From positions 4,874 through 68,873 of the forward strand of contig QILK01000044.1 of NCBI GenBank assembly GCA_003233345.1: a stretch of DNA of 64,000 bases, given 5' to 3'. Numbering within the stretch: the stretch's first letter is position 1; each line of letters opens with the position of its first letter. This document shows positions 41,528 through 51,477 of the stretch, piece by piece. A program made the position numbers and the translations under genes. This DNA comes from Gammaproteobacteria bacterium (GTDB lineage: Bacteria > Pseudomonadota > Gammaproteobacteria > SZUA-21). Under the pieces are notes generated by a model. That model was given only the letters and a program-made list of their open reading frames with translations. It made no database searches and was not told the DNA's origin.

Positions 41528-42886
41528 ATGAGCAATAGTCATATTGACAATACCAATGAAGCCCGTCTTGACGAACTGACCAAGGCACTTGAAGAAGGCA
41601 CGCGCCCAAAAGTATGGAATATGCTCAATCATTTACGCGGGGCCGAAATTGCTCAACTGCTTTCATCACTACCGCCAACAGAACGACAAATTGCCTGGAG
41701 TTTGGTTGACTCTGAAAATGAAGGTAAAGTTCTCCTTCATGTAAACGACGATGTCCGCGCGGGACTCATTGAGGACATGGAAACAAACGAACTTGTTTCG
41801 GTTGTTGAAAAGCTGGATATGGATGATCTGGCCGATATCCTCGAAGACCTGCCTGAACAGGTAAAGAAAGAAGTACTACGGTCGATGGACAACCAAAATC
41901 GCCAAAGACTGGAAACCGTGCTTTCTTATCCGGATGACAGTGCTGGCGGTCTAATGAATACCGATACGGTCACTGTGCGCGCCGATATCACCCTCGAACT
42001 GGTTCACCGGTATCTGCAATTAATCGGAAAATTACCTGAACTAACCGATAAACTGCTTGTTGTTAACCGTGTTGACAAATACCTAGGGGCCTTGTCGCTT
42101 TCAACATTACTCACCAATGACCCTATATGTACGGTAGCTGACGTAATGGACTATGAACTGGATCCGATTAAGGTAAAGACAAACTCGAAAGAAGTTGCTA
42201 AACTTTTTGAACAACATGACTTAGTGTCAGCACCTGTTATTGACGAGCAGAATAAGCTCATTGGCCGAATAACAATTGACGACATTGTTGACGTCATTCG
42301 TGATGAAGCAGACCACTCCATCATGAGCATGGCCGGACTCAATGAAAACACAGATATGTTTGCACCGGTATTCTCCAGCGCAATACGCCGTGGTATCTGG
42401 CTGGGTGTTAATTTACTAACCGTTTTACTGGCCGTCTATGCGGTGGGCATGTTTACGGACGTCTTATCTAAAGAAGTCGCGTTAGCTGTACTGATGCCTA
42501 TTCCTGCCAGCATGGGCGGTATTGCCGGCACACAAACTTTGACCTTGGTCATTCGCGGACTAGCGCTCGGACAAATAGGAAAGTCAAATGCGCGATGGTT
42601 AATCTTAAAGGAAGTTGCGGTTGCCACGCTCAACGGCATTGTCTGGGCAGTGATAGTCGCTTTTGTTGCTATTTTTGTATTTTCACAATGGTACATCGGT
42701 GTTTTTCTAGGAATCGCTTTAATGGTAAATCTTTTATGTGCTGCGGTCGTGGGATTTACAATACCGTTTATTCTTAAAAAAATAGGCATAGATCCAGCAC
42801 TTGCCGGGTCTGTTATCGTCACAACCATTACAGATATATTGGGCTACGTCACTTTTTTGGGTATGGCAACTCTATATTTGTTTTAG
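41528..42886 (+). CDS. mgtE: magnesium transporter MgtE
   Basis: 452 aa: N domain, tandem CBS, C-terminal 5-TM MgtE domain. Confidence 0.9.
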   Translation: MSNSHIDNTNEARLDELTKALEEGTRPKVWNMLNHLRGAEIAQLLSSLPPTERQIAWSLVDSENEGKVLLHVNDDVRAGLIEDMETNELVSVVEKLDMDDLADILEDLPEQVKKEVLRSMDNQNRQRLETVLSYPDDSAGGLMNTDTVTVRADITLELVHRYLQLIGKLPELTDKLLVVNRVDKYLGALSLSTLLTNDPICTVADVMDYELDPIKVKTNSKEVAKLFEQHDLVSAPVIDEQNKLIGRITIDDIVDVIRDEADHSIMSMAGLNENTDMFAPVFSSAIRRGIWLGVNLLTVLLAVYAVGMFTDVLSKEVALAVLMPIPASMGGIAGTQTLTLVIRGLALGQIGKSNARWLILKEVAVATLNGIVWAVIVAFVAIFVFSQWYIGVFLGIALMVNLLCAAVVGFTIPFILKKIGIDPALAGSVIVTTITDILGYVTFLGMATLYLF

Positions 42887-42903
42887 GATAGATATTAATT
42901 ATT

Positions 42904-43464
42904 ATGAAAACTATAAAAATATTTTTACAATTACTGATCGCATTGTCATTGGTATCATGCAATAGCAGCATCAGCCAGGAAAAACTCGGGCGACAAGTAT
43001 TTAACCACTTGAAAAATAATAATTACGACGGCTATTTAAAACTTAACTTGCGTACAGAAGACCTCGGTCAAATTATCGATTCACTTAAAAAAAGCGAAAC
43101 GTTTTCACACTATGACCAAGCTAAAAAACAACGCGTTATTAATATTAGTAACAATCTTGACGCTGTCGTTTTAAAGCAGCAATCAAAACTAAAAGATAAT
43201 TTTCACTCAATTTACAACCGCGGTTTACAAAAAGGTATCGTCTGGTCAAAGGCTAGATTTGTAAATATCCGAGTTGGAATGGAACAGTCTGTCTACAATT
43301 TAGCTGAGTATAAATCGCAACACATCTATATTATTTTTAAACATAAAAAGAAAAAATATACGCTAAGATTAAGCCATGCGGCTCAGACCAAGCGGGGATG
43401 GATTATTTTTGATTATATTTTCTGGGATAAATACCAGCTTTCCGACAATAAAAAGAAAAAATAG
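42904..43464 (+). CDS. hypothetical lipoprotein (AT-rich, K-rich tail)
   Basis: 186-aa ORF with lipobox LVSC at the N-terminus, no recognisable family; strongly AT-biased codon usage relative to neighbours. Confidence 0.5.
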   Translation: MKTIKIFLQLLIALSLVSCNSSISQEKLGRQVFNHLKNNNYDGYLKLNLRTEDLGQIIDSLKKSETFSHYDQAKKQRVINISNNLDAVVLKQQSKLKDNFHSIYNRGLQKGIVWSKARFVNIRVGMEQSVYNLAEYKSQHIYIIFKHKKKKYTLRLSHAAQTKRGWIIFDYIFWDKYQLSDNKKKK

Positions 43465-43491
43465 CGTGGTAGTTTCATGTGTCAAGCGGCT

Positions 43492-44301
43492 CTATAGGCG
43501 TTTTCTATGAGAGATGGCGGGAAAATTTTCTCTTATTTTTTTCTGATGTTCTAAATCAATCTCGGCAATGGCATAGCCTTCCCCTGTTTTCACCTGCGCC
43601 AACACTTCCCCCCAAGGATCGATGATCATACTATGCCCAAACGTTTCTCTACCATTTTCATGGAGTCCACCCTGATTAGCCGCTAAAACAAAACAACTGT
43701 TTTCAACTGCCCGTGCACGCAATAGCAACTTCCAATGCGCATTTCCGGTTCGTTTTGTAAACGCCGAAGGAACCGCTATTAACGCTACGCCTGATTCGAG
43801 CAATTTTCTGTACAATTCTGGAAAACGAATATCGTAGCAAACAGAGAGTCCAATTTTTCCTAGTGGGGTATCGTGAGTAATTATTTCTGTCCCAGCCAGC
43901 GTAAATTCGGACTCCAGATATTTTTCCGTCGTGCCGGGAATCTGAACATCAAACAAGTAAATTTTATTATAAACTGCCACACAATTCCCTAAAGAATCAT
44001 AGAGTAAACTACTAGCATACACTTTTTCGTCTACCCTGCTTTTAGTTGGAATCGTGCCGGCGACGATCCATATCGAAAACTCTCGAGATATATCTGACAA
44101 AAAAGACTGGATTTTTCCTTTACCTAACGATTCCATGATATCAAGCTTATCATTATCTACTTTTTCCATCGACGCAAAATTTTCAGGGAGTACCACTAAT
44201 TCTGCGCCCTGACTTGCGGCCTGCTTTATCAATCGCCTGCTTGCCTGCAAATTTCCATCAACATCTATACCAGAAACTAATTGAATAACAGCTGCTTTCA
44301 T
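43492..44301 (-). CDS. carbon-nitrogen hydrolase (nitrilase superfamily, YafV/Nit-like)
   Basis: 269 aa with catalytic E-K-C triad context (ENF, CYD motifs). Confidence 0.85.
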   Translation of the reverse strand: MKAAVIQLVSGIDVDGNLQASRRLIKQAASQGAELVVLPENFASMEKVDNDKLDIMESLGKGKIQSFLSDISREFSIWIVAGTIPTKSRVDEKVYASSLLYDSLGNCVAVYNKIYLFDVQIPGTTEKYLESEFTLAGTEIITHDTPLGKIGLSVCYDIRFPELYRKLLESGVALIAVPSAFTKRTGNAHWKLLLRARAVENSCFVLAANQGGLHENGRETFGHSMIIDPWGEVLAQVKTGEGYAIAEIDLEHQKKIRENFPAISHRKRL

Positions 44302-45045
44302 TTACTGACCTTCGACAGAATCGGCCCAGTTGAGATCATAATTCGGACCAATCTTTCTTTTAATTTTTAAACGTTTGATTATTGGCTTTTGCCATGTCCC
44401 TTTTAAACTATACTTTGAGACTGATATCTTGCCAATTTGCTTTCCTAACACTTTATTGGCGACCCATAACCCCACCCCAACATGTGGCCCGGCAGCCAGG
44501 CCACCCATCACCGGTAAATTGGCCATTACTTTAGGGGTCACCACAACTTCCTGGTCATAATCTTGATGCGCCAGACCGATACGGCCATTAATCTTTAGCT
44601 TGATAGCCGGTCCTTCCATGGTCAGATCTTTGGTATAGGCATCGCCTTTAGCAATATCAAATCGTCCAGTAATATAATCAAAACTAAAACCTTTCTTGAA
44701 TAGGTCGCTAAAATCAAGTGTTAACCTTCTCGGTAGTGCCTGCAAACTCAGCATTCCCAATACGCGTCCTGTCCCAGGCTTTATGTCAACAATTCGCCCC
44801 TTGCGAATCGATACGGTCATCACGCCGTCCACATTTTTCATTTTGAACCAATTAGGTGGTCCATACCAAAATGCGCGCATAATCGCTTTAGTTTTCCCGC
44901 CCTTTATTCCAGTACCATATTTAAGCCTGGCAATAGCTTTACCGATATTGTCACTTTCGATATCGATATTGAATTGCGAATTATGTTTATTACCTTTAAA
45001 GTACCAGATTCCTTTTGCACTGATTTTTAAATGCTCAGAATCCAT
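44302..45045 (-). CDS. yhdP: C-terminal segment of YhdP-family (AsmA-like) protein, separated from the N-terminal 1025-aa segment by a frameshift
   Basis: 247-aa ORF matching the conserved C-terminus of YhdP (AsmA_2 C-terminal region); its reading frame is open upstream into the end of the 45096..48173 ORF. Confidence 0.7.
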   Translation of the reverse strand: MDSEHLKISAKGIWYFKGNKHNSQFNIDIESDNIGKAIARLKYGTGIKGGKTKAIMRAFWYGPPNWFKMKNVDGVMTVSIRKGRIVDIKPGTGRVLGMLSLQALPRRLTLDFSDLFKKGFSFDYITGRFDIAKGDAYTKDLTMEGPAIKLKINGRIGLAHQDYDQEVVVTPKVMANLPVMGGLAAGPHVGVGLWVANKVLGKQIGKISVSKYSLKGTWQKPIIKRLKIKRKIGPNYDLNWADSVEGQ

Positions 45046-45095
45046 GCTAAAGGTATCAAATTTTAAACCCTCAGCAACTTTACTAGCAGAAATAT

Positions 45096-48000
45096 TTAGC
45101 TTTCCATATCATTGAATATAAATTCTTTACTGCTGATTTTTAATGGCGGAAATTTTCTCGGGTCGGCGACCTCGATTTTATCGTCGTCATCTTCTTTCGC
45201 AGACAAAATCAATTTATCCAACTTGATTATCAATGGATCATACTGATCGACCCGAAGCGGTATTCTTATTTCGCCTCTAATTTCTCTTCCGCTCACATAG
45301 GCTAACCAGTGAATCGGTTTGCGCCGCGCTTTGATAGTCACCTCGTGAATATCATTTCCCAACAGTTCAAGCTTACCGAATGTAAGATCCAGAATATGAA
45401 CGGAGTCTAGTAATGCTTGACCATTGCCTTTTATACTTTTGCGTTTCTGCACCCAATCTACCCATTGCGTCACTGAAAAAGAGGGTATTTCCCCTATGAT
45501 ACGCACTTCTTTTCTTTTCGGGAGCACCGCCTTATTACCGCCAAACCTGATTTCACCACGCTCCAGTTTGCCGACCCCGTTTTTCTGTTTCACCAGCAAA
45601 GCACCACTTAATATATTGCCGTAGGCAATACTTATCTCACCCAGTTTTTCGCCGGTGATATCCGCTTCAACTGAAAATATTCTCTCCTCGTCTTTTTTCT
45701 TGTTAAACCCTTCTGGCAGTTTGACCAAACTGCCTTTTAAGTCACTCAGAAATTTAAAACTAACTTTTAATGGACGATTAACGTATTGCTTTATTTTAAA
45801 ACCTACTTTCCATATCGACGAGCCGGAAATTATTCCACGGAAAATATCCGAAAATTCTCCTGCCAGCTTATCGAAGCTCGTCTTAGCAGTAAATACTATT
45901 ATCGTTTCAAATAAATTTTCTTGTTTAGAACCCGAGGTAGATATATTTATACCAATTTTTTTTTCTCTGTACTTACCCGTCATCTGTTCAGAGTGCAGTT
46001 TTACAAAACTACCCTCACTTTCAAAATTTAATTTTCCGTCAATATTGCTTAGCTCCGATTTCCAATGCGTATGCTTAAGGCTACTTTTATAGAGTTCAAT
46101 TTTACCAAAAAATTTTCGCTTCGCCAATTCGTCTTGCGCCAAGTCATATAACGGCAAGACGATATACGCACCGATTGCGGCATTTCCAGAAGCCTTAAAG
46201 CGATCAAGAAAATCATTTTTATGTGACTTAGAAGGTATCGCTGCAAAAAATTTAATAAGGTCTTTGGTTTTCCCCAACAAGTTTCCTTGGACTGATAATG
46301 TTGACTTTTTACCAAGGCGCGGGATAGACACATTGGTTGATAACATCTCCATGCCACTGACCACACCCTCCTGTAATTGTACTGTTAAAGATTTTCCATA
46401 AAAACGAATATTCGCGGCCAAATTTTTGATGGCTGGCCAATTTTGATGATATTTTAGCTTTACCCCAGTCACATCAAAATCAACCACTAAAATATTATCG
46501 CCTTTGTTAAAGGTGCCTTTTTTTAGTATCCCCTTGTAGCTCGCCCACCCCTTAGTCAGTCGTCCTCCGGAAATAGCAGAGCGTAACCATTTTTGTACTT
46601 TGGGGTTTATTATATAGATAGGCAAGTAATGTTGATAATGGCTAATATCGCCGTTCGAAAATGTTAGCTTCAGGTCTAAAAAATCCGGTTTATCTTTCTC
46701 AATTTTCAATTTAAACTTGCTCGAGGTAGAAACATGGCTGTTTTTTAGTTTAAGATTATCGCTATAAACTTCTAAGGTTTTCCCTGTTTGTTTCCATTGA
46801 ATAACGCCCTGCGCTATATCCGTTGTAATCGGCTGGGCAAATATATGCGGTAATATTGCTTTGGTTTTTTTACTGTCCAACTTAAGATACCCACCAAGCC
46901 TGTTAGCAGCAATACTTCCGGAGAGTCCCTCAATACTGAGATTTTTGATCCAGTTTTGTATCGTAAACCGGTTAAAATCAAACTTATAGTAAAAATCTGT
47001 TTTTGCGTCTTCGGATTTTTTAATGCTGAAAACTAAATTGGAAATATCTCCCTGCAGCGAATAGCGCTCTATATTTTTTCGTATTTCATCATCATTTGGT
47101 AATAGCGAAATTAATAGCTGACCAAGATCACCAAGCCGCATAAACTTGATGGAACCTAATAAAGATCGGGTTTTCTTTTCAGGATTTTCCAGATATTTCA
47201 GATATATTCCAGACGCCGGCCATACACTGCCTAATCTTGACCACTCGATATTATTAACGTTGAGCGCCCAACCCCCCTGATGTTTTTCCCAATTAAAATT
47301 CGCCGATATAGCGTCCAGCGAATAACGTTCCTCCCGTCGCCATTTTAAGTCCTTGATGTTTATGTCACCATACAACCTTTGCACGTCTTTATATTTTTCT
47401 CCCCATAATTGAAAGACAGTATCGCCATTTTTCAATTCAAAATCAGCCACCAGTTCCTTAGTAATCCACTGGCCCAGCTGCACATTCCCCGCTAAAAAAA
47501 ATTTGGTTCGCATCGTTTCAAATTTTCGATAATTTTCAAAATTAACGATAAATCGATACTTGTTTGTTTTTTTTGATTTCTGTTTGAAAGTTCCGCTAAA
47601 ATGCAAGTAATCTCTTTTTAGTGACAACAACATATCGACATCGGTAAATCGCTGTGTTTTCGGGCTAATACGCGTGTCGGTCCAGTTTATTCGGCCTTTG
47701 GTTAACACCAATTTTTGTCTTTCTATCATCCAGTTTAGCAATTTACTATCTTTCAAATCACTATGCGTTTCTACCTTAAGACCACCAATATAATAACTAT
47801 CATTTCGGTACTCTATGTCTACCACCGCGCCAACGATATCGATTTTGCCGGGCAACAATTGCCAGTGAATAAGTGATGAAAAGACGTTAAAATAGACTTG
47901 TACTTCATCAAACTTTATCCACACCTGTGAACCATCGGGCGTATAGACTTTAACATTTTTAATGCGCATGCGTGGATTCACACCACCCCAGTCAACAATG

Positions 48001-48173
48001 ACTTCGCCAATTTTCACCGGCCGATTTAATTCCTTGGTGGCAAGCTTTTCAATATCAACTCGATATTCTTCAAAATAAGGTAAAAACAACCGGGTAATAC
48101 TCACCGCAAACGCCATGACAATAATCAGCACGGCGGCAAAAATAAATAATAAACGGGAGGACTTCTTTATCAT
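45096..48173 (-). CDS. yhdP: N-terminal 1025-aa segment of YhdP-family (AsmA-like) intermembrane transport protein
   Basis: N-terminal TM anchor, long beta-rich body; located downstream of rng-maf as in E. coli (maf-rng-yhdP). Confidence 0.8.
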   Translation of the reverse strand: MIKKSSRLLFIFAAVLIIVMAFAVSITRLFLPYFEEYRVDIEKLATKELNRPVKIGEVIVDWGGVNPRMRIKNVKVYTPDGSQVWIKFDEVQVYFNVFSSLIHWQLLPGKIDIVGAVVDIEYRNDSYYIGGLKVETHSDLKDSKLLNWMIERQKLVLTKGRINWTDTRISPKTQRFTDVDMLLSLKRDYLHFSGTFKQKSKKTNKYRFIVNFENYRKFETMRTKFFLAGNVQLGQWITKELVADFELKNGDTVFQLWGEKYKDVQRLYGDINIKDLKWRREERYSLDAISANFNWEKHQGGWALNVNNIEWSRLGSVWPASGIYLKYLENPEKKTRSLLGSIKFMRLGDLGQLLISLLPNDDEIRKNIERYSLQGDISNLVFSIKKSEDAKTDFYYKFDFNRFTIQNWIKNLSIEGLSGSIAANRLGGYLKLDSKKTKAILPHIFAQPITTDIAQGVIQWKQTGKTLEVYSDNLKLKNSHVSTSSKFKLKIEKDKPDFLDLKLTFSNGDISHYQHYLPIYIINPKVQKWLRSAISGGRLTKGWASYKGILKKGTFNKGDNILVVDFDVTGVKLKYHQNWPAIKNLAANIRFYGKSLTVQLQEGVVSGMEMLSTNVSIPRLGKKSTLSVQGNLLGKTKDLIKFFAAIPSKSHKNDFLDRFKASGNAAIGAYIVLPLYDLAQDELAKRKFFGKIELYKSSLKHTHWKSELSNIDGKLNFESEGSFVKLHSEQMTGKYREKKIGINISTSGSKQENLFETIIVFTAKTSFDKLAGEFSDIFRGIISGSSIWKVGFKIKQYVNRPLKVSFKFLSDLKGSLVKLPEGFNKKKDEERIFSVEADITGEKLGEISIAYGNILSGALLVKQKNGVGKLERGEIRFGGNKAVLPKRKEVRIIGEIPSFSVTQWVDWVQKRKSIKGNGQALLDSVHILDLTFGKLELLGNDIHEVTIKARRKPIHWLAYVSGREIRGEIRIPLRVDQYDPLIIKLDKLILSAKEDDDDKIEVADPRKFPPLKISSKEFIFNDMES

Positions 48174-49639
48174 ACAGGCACTACGTCATACTGCTCTTGT
48201 GTATAAAGAGTCTCAACCTGAAAACGTATAGGGACACCGATAAATTCCTCTAGTCGTGCAAGACTATTTGATTCCTCGTCAAGGAGTAAATCAACAACAT
48301 CTTGTGACGCTAATATCAGTAGTTGTTGTGCATCATATTGCCTGGCTTCGCGTATTAATTCGCGAAATATTTCATAACAAACACTTTCAGCGCTTTGTAT
48401 TGATCCACGCCCGCTACAAACCGGGCAAGGCTCACAGAGTATATGCTCGAGACTTTCCCGGGTACGCTTTCTGGTCATCTCGACCAAGCCTAGATTCGAT
48501 ACCTCGGTAATCTGGCTTTTTGCATGGTCGCGATCAAGATTTTTTTCCAAGGCACGTAGCACCTGCCGCTTATGATCTTCGACTGACATATCAATAAAGT
48601 CAATTATGATAATCCCACCAATATTTCTTAAACATAACTGTCTGACGATAGTTTGCGCCGCCTCAAGATTGGTTTTAAAGATCGTTTCTTCCAGATTGCG
48701 GTGGCCAACAAATGCGCCCGTATTGACATCGACCGTCGTCATCGCCTCTGTTTGATCAAAAATAAGGTGACCACCCGACTTCAGGTTAACTTTTCGCTGT
48801 AGTGCTTTTTGTATTTCATCTTCTACACTATACAAGTCAAAAATAGGTCGCTCACCGGGATAGTATTCCAGTCGTTCAACCATGCTTGGGACAAACTGTT
48901 GAGAAAAATCCATTAGTTTCTGATAGGTCTCCCGCGAGTCCACACGTATTTTTTCTATCTTATCGTCAGCAATATCACGCAGCACACGTATTGCTAACGG
49001 TAAATCTTCATACAGGCTGTTCCCCGCAGGGGTGTCGCTAATATTATTAAAAATAGATTGCCATAACTTGGATAAAAATTTTTGATCTTTTTCCAAAGAT
49101 TCTTTACCAACGCCTTCGCCTGCCGTACGAATAATATACCCTTGCCCATTCGAGCTGTCTGACAAACCCGACACAATATCTATAAGTCGCTGGCGTTCGT
49201 CTTCATCTTCAATTTTTGTCGATACATTAATGGCATTTTCATTAGGCAACAATACCAAATATCTTGAAGGAATAGTGAGACAGGTCGTCAGTCTTGCGCC
49301 TTTGGTACCGAGTGAGTCTTTTATTACCTGAACCAATATCTCCTGACCTTCAAATAACAATTCGGTAATATTCTCTGGTTTATTATTACTGGCCTCCAAC
49401 TCTTCATTCGGGCACTTTATGATATCAGACGCATGAAGAAATGCCGCTCTCTCAAGTCCAACATCAACAAACGCAGCCTGCATTCCTGGTAATACTCTTG
49501 ATACCTTGCCTTTATATATATTCCCAACAATTCCGCGCTTCCTTTCACGCTCTATAAACAACTCCTGTACGACACCATTTTCAATCACCGCGACGCGTGA
49601 TTCACGCGGTGTTACGTTAATTAGAATTTCTTCAGTCAT
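48170..49639 (-). CDS. rng: ribonuclease G
   Basis: 489 aa, S1 domain + RNase E/G catalytic core. Confidence 0.9.
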   Translation of the reverse strand: MTEEILINVTPRESRVAVIENGVVQELFIERERKRGIVGNIYKGKVSRVLPGMQAAFVDVGLERAAFLHASDIIKCPNEELEASNNKPENITELLFEGQEILVQVIKDSLGTKGARLTTCLTIPSRYLVLLPNENAINVSTKIEDEDERQRLIDIVSGLSDSSNGQGYIIRTAGEGVGKESLEKDQKFLSKLWQSIFNNISDTPAGNSLYEDLPLAIRVLRDIADDKIEKIRVDSRETYQKLMDFSQQFVPSMVERLEYYPGERPIFDLYSVEDEIQKALQRKVNLKSGGHLIFDQTEAMTTVDVNTGAFVGHRNLEETIFKTNLEAAQTIVRQLCLRNIGGIIIIDFIDMSVEDHKRQVLRALEKNLDRDHAKSQITEVSNLGLVEMTRKRTRESLEHILCEPCPVCSGRGSIQSAESVCYEIFRELIREARQYDAQQLLILASQDVVDLLLDEESNSLARLEEFIGVPIRFQVETLYTQEQYDVVPV

Positions 49640-49673
49640 ATTTTGCTTTTTTGCCTTATGGATAACATCGGTT

Positions 49674-50270
49674 TTATAATATTTCTATATTAAATTTTTT
49701 GAGCAATTGTCCCGTCTCATAAATTGGCAGCCCCATCACACCGGAATAACTACCCTCAATCCTTTTTATAAAAACCGCTCCGATACCCTGAATAGCATAA
49801 GCCCCCGCTTTGTCTGCTGGTTCACCCGAAGCCCAGTAATGTTCTATTTCTAAGCCGCTAATTTCCCGGAAAAAAACCGTACTGCTTGATAACATGCTTA
49901 CTTTTTTGTCGTCTTGTATCATACATATTGCAGAAACTACTTCGTGTTTTGAGCCTGATAGTAACCGCAGGATTTCTTTAGCTTGCGACAAATTTTCTGG
50001 TTTACCAAGCATTCTTCCAGAATGTTTCACTAATGTATCCGCGCCCAATACGGGAAGATTAAGCTGCCGGTGTTTATGTTTCCAACCCGCTTCAGCTTTC
50101 TCTTCGGCCAAACGACATACTGTCGCTTCTGCTGAATCTCCTGGTACTACTTTTTCTTGGTAATCCAAGCAAAGTTTATAAAAAGTCACCCCCACCTGCT
50201 TAAGTAGTTGCTGCCGACGAGGCGATTTTGAAGCAAGGTATAATTCCGGCTGCAATGATCTAGTGGTCAA
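49674..50270 (-). CDS. maf: Maf-like nucleoside triphosphate pyrophosphatase
   Basis: 198-aa Maf/YhdE family. Confidence 0.85.
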   Translation of the reverse strand: MTTRSLQPELYLASKSPRRQQLLKQVGVTFYKLCLDYQEKVVPGDSAEATVCRLAEEKAEAGWKHKHRQLNLPVLGADTLVKHSGRMLGKPENLSQAKEILRLLSGSKHEVVSAICMIQDDKKVSMLSSSTVFFREISGLEIEHYWASGEPADKAGAYAIQGIGAVFIKRIEGSYSGVMGLPIYETGQLLKKFNIEIL

Positions 50271-50359
50271 AATATTCGTTTATCCTGCATCGTTTGTGCT
50301 GCAAAAATCACATTTTTATTATATTTATAATCTTGACTGATACATCTTACTCTTACATC

Positions 50360-50830
50360 TTACTCTCGATGGTAAGGATGACCTTGTAAAATACTCCAAG
50401 CACGATAAATCTGCTCTATCATAATAACTCGAACCATCGCGTGCGGAAATGTTAGCGACGATAGGGACCAGATGTCGTCTGATCTTTGCAAACATTCTGG
50501 TGACAATCCATCCGCACCTCCAATTAAGAATACCGGATTAACCGCGTCTAATTGCCAGTAATCTAGCTTCTGCGAAAAATGCTTACTTGAAACTGCCTTA
50601 CCCTTCTCGTCTAATGCAATAACCGTTGAATTTTCTGGTATCGCAGCCAATATTCGTTCACTTTCCTGCTTTAGGATATTGTTTTTATTAGCAGTTTTTG
50701 TCCTCTTTACAGGATTAATCTCAATTAATTCAATGCGATATGTTTTTGGTAGTCGTTTCAAATATTGCTCATACGCCTCCGAAACCCAAGCCGGCATTTT
50801 TAGTCCAACAGAAATAATATATATATGCAT
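50360..50830 (-). CDS. rlmH: 23S rRNA (pseudouridine1915-N3)-methyltransferase RlmH (start taken at internal MHIYIISVGLKMPAWV)
   Basis: SPOUT methyltransferase about 156 aa; track ORF has 37-aa N-terminal extension unlikely to be real. Confidence 0.85.
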   Translation of the reverse strand: MHIYIISVGLKMPAWVSEAYEQYLKRLPKTYRIELIEINPVKRTKTANKNNILKQESERILAAIPENSTVIALDEKGKAVSSKHFSQKLDYWQLDAVNPVFLIGGADGLSPECLQRSDDIWSLSSLTFPHAMVRVIMIEQIYRAWSILQGHPYHRE

Positions 50831-50953
50831 TATAGTCAATCCGCGAACCGGTATTGTCAATATTCCAGAGTCGATCGGAATAATGCGGAGCAAAACCCTG
50901 GAAAACTTAAATTTATTGAATATACAGACTAGTGAAACCAAGCAAACAAGATA

Positions 50954-51304
50954 CTATTTGCTTGAATTTACAGCATTTTCATGGTCAACTGCCCAAAGTT
51001 TTTCCAACGCATAAAATTCCCTGATGTCAGGGAGCATTATATGCACGACGATATCGCCAATATCAACTAGAACCCAGTCAGCCGCCATGTCACCTTCGAC
51101 ACCGAGCACTTGCCAACCACTTTCTTTGGCTTTTTGGGCAACATAATCAGCGATCGATTTGATATGCCTAGTCGATGTACCGCTAGCAATTATCATCAAA
51201 TCCGTTATCGAGGTAACAGAGCGCACATCCAGGATCTTTATTGCGGTCGCCTTTAAATCCTCCATCGCATCAATAACCAGTTTTTTTAATTCATCAGTAT
51301 CCAT
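50954..51304 (-). CDS. rsfS: ribosomal silencing factor RsfS
   Basis: 116-aa Iojap/RsfS family. Confidence 0.9.
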   Translation of the reverse strand: MDTDELKKLVIDAMEDLKATAIKILDVRSVTSITDLMIIASGTSTRHIKSIADYVAQKAKESGWQVLGVEGDMAADWVLVDIGDIVVHIMLPDIREFYALEKLWAVDHENAVNSSK

Positions 51305-51371
51305 AACTAATCCACTTCATTTTAATTTAATTTATTGATCAAATCCCGCAGCCTTCCCATTGGGGGATTCC

Positions 51372-51400
51372 AAAGGGGGAGAATGGAATTCTCCCCCTTT
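51372..51400. terminator. perfect 13-bp-stem palindrome AAAGGGGGAGAAT-GGA-ATTCTCCCCCTTT
   Basis: Perfect inverted repeat with A/T extensions; could act bidirectionally. Confidence 0.45.
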
Positions 51401-51448
51401 GACAGCCCGTGCGAATTCACTTCGCGCGGAGCGAGATATAAAGCAATA

Positions 51449-51476
51449 AGATACCCGCCGCAAGCGGCGGGTATCT
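51449..51476 (-). terminator. nadD terminator hairpin AGATACCCGCCGC-AA-GCGGCGGGTATCT
   Basis: Perfect 13-bp GC-rich stem immediately after nadD stop followed by T-rich tract on minus strand. Confidence 0.55.
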
Positions 51477-51477
51477 C

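Noticed and set aside
42436-42828. 130-aa minus-strand ORF
   Set aside because: Antisense to the mgtE transmembrane domain.
50831-50941. 37-codon N-terminal extension of rlmH in the ORF track
   Set aside because: RlmH family proteins are about 155 aa and begin at the internal MHIYII... methionine; the extension runs into the rsfS intergenic region and is likely not translated.
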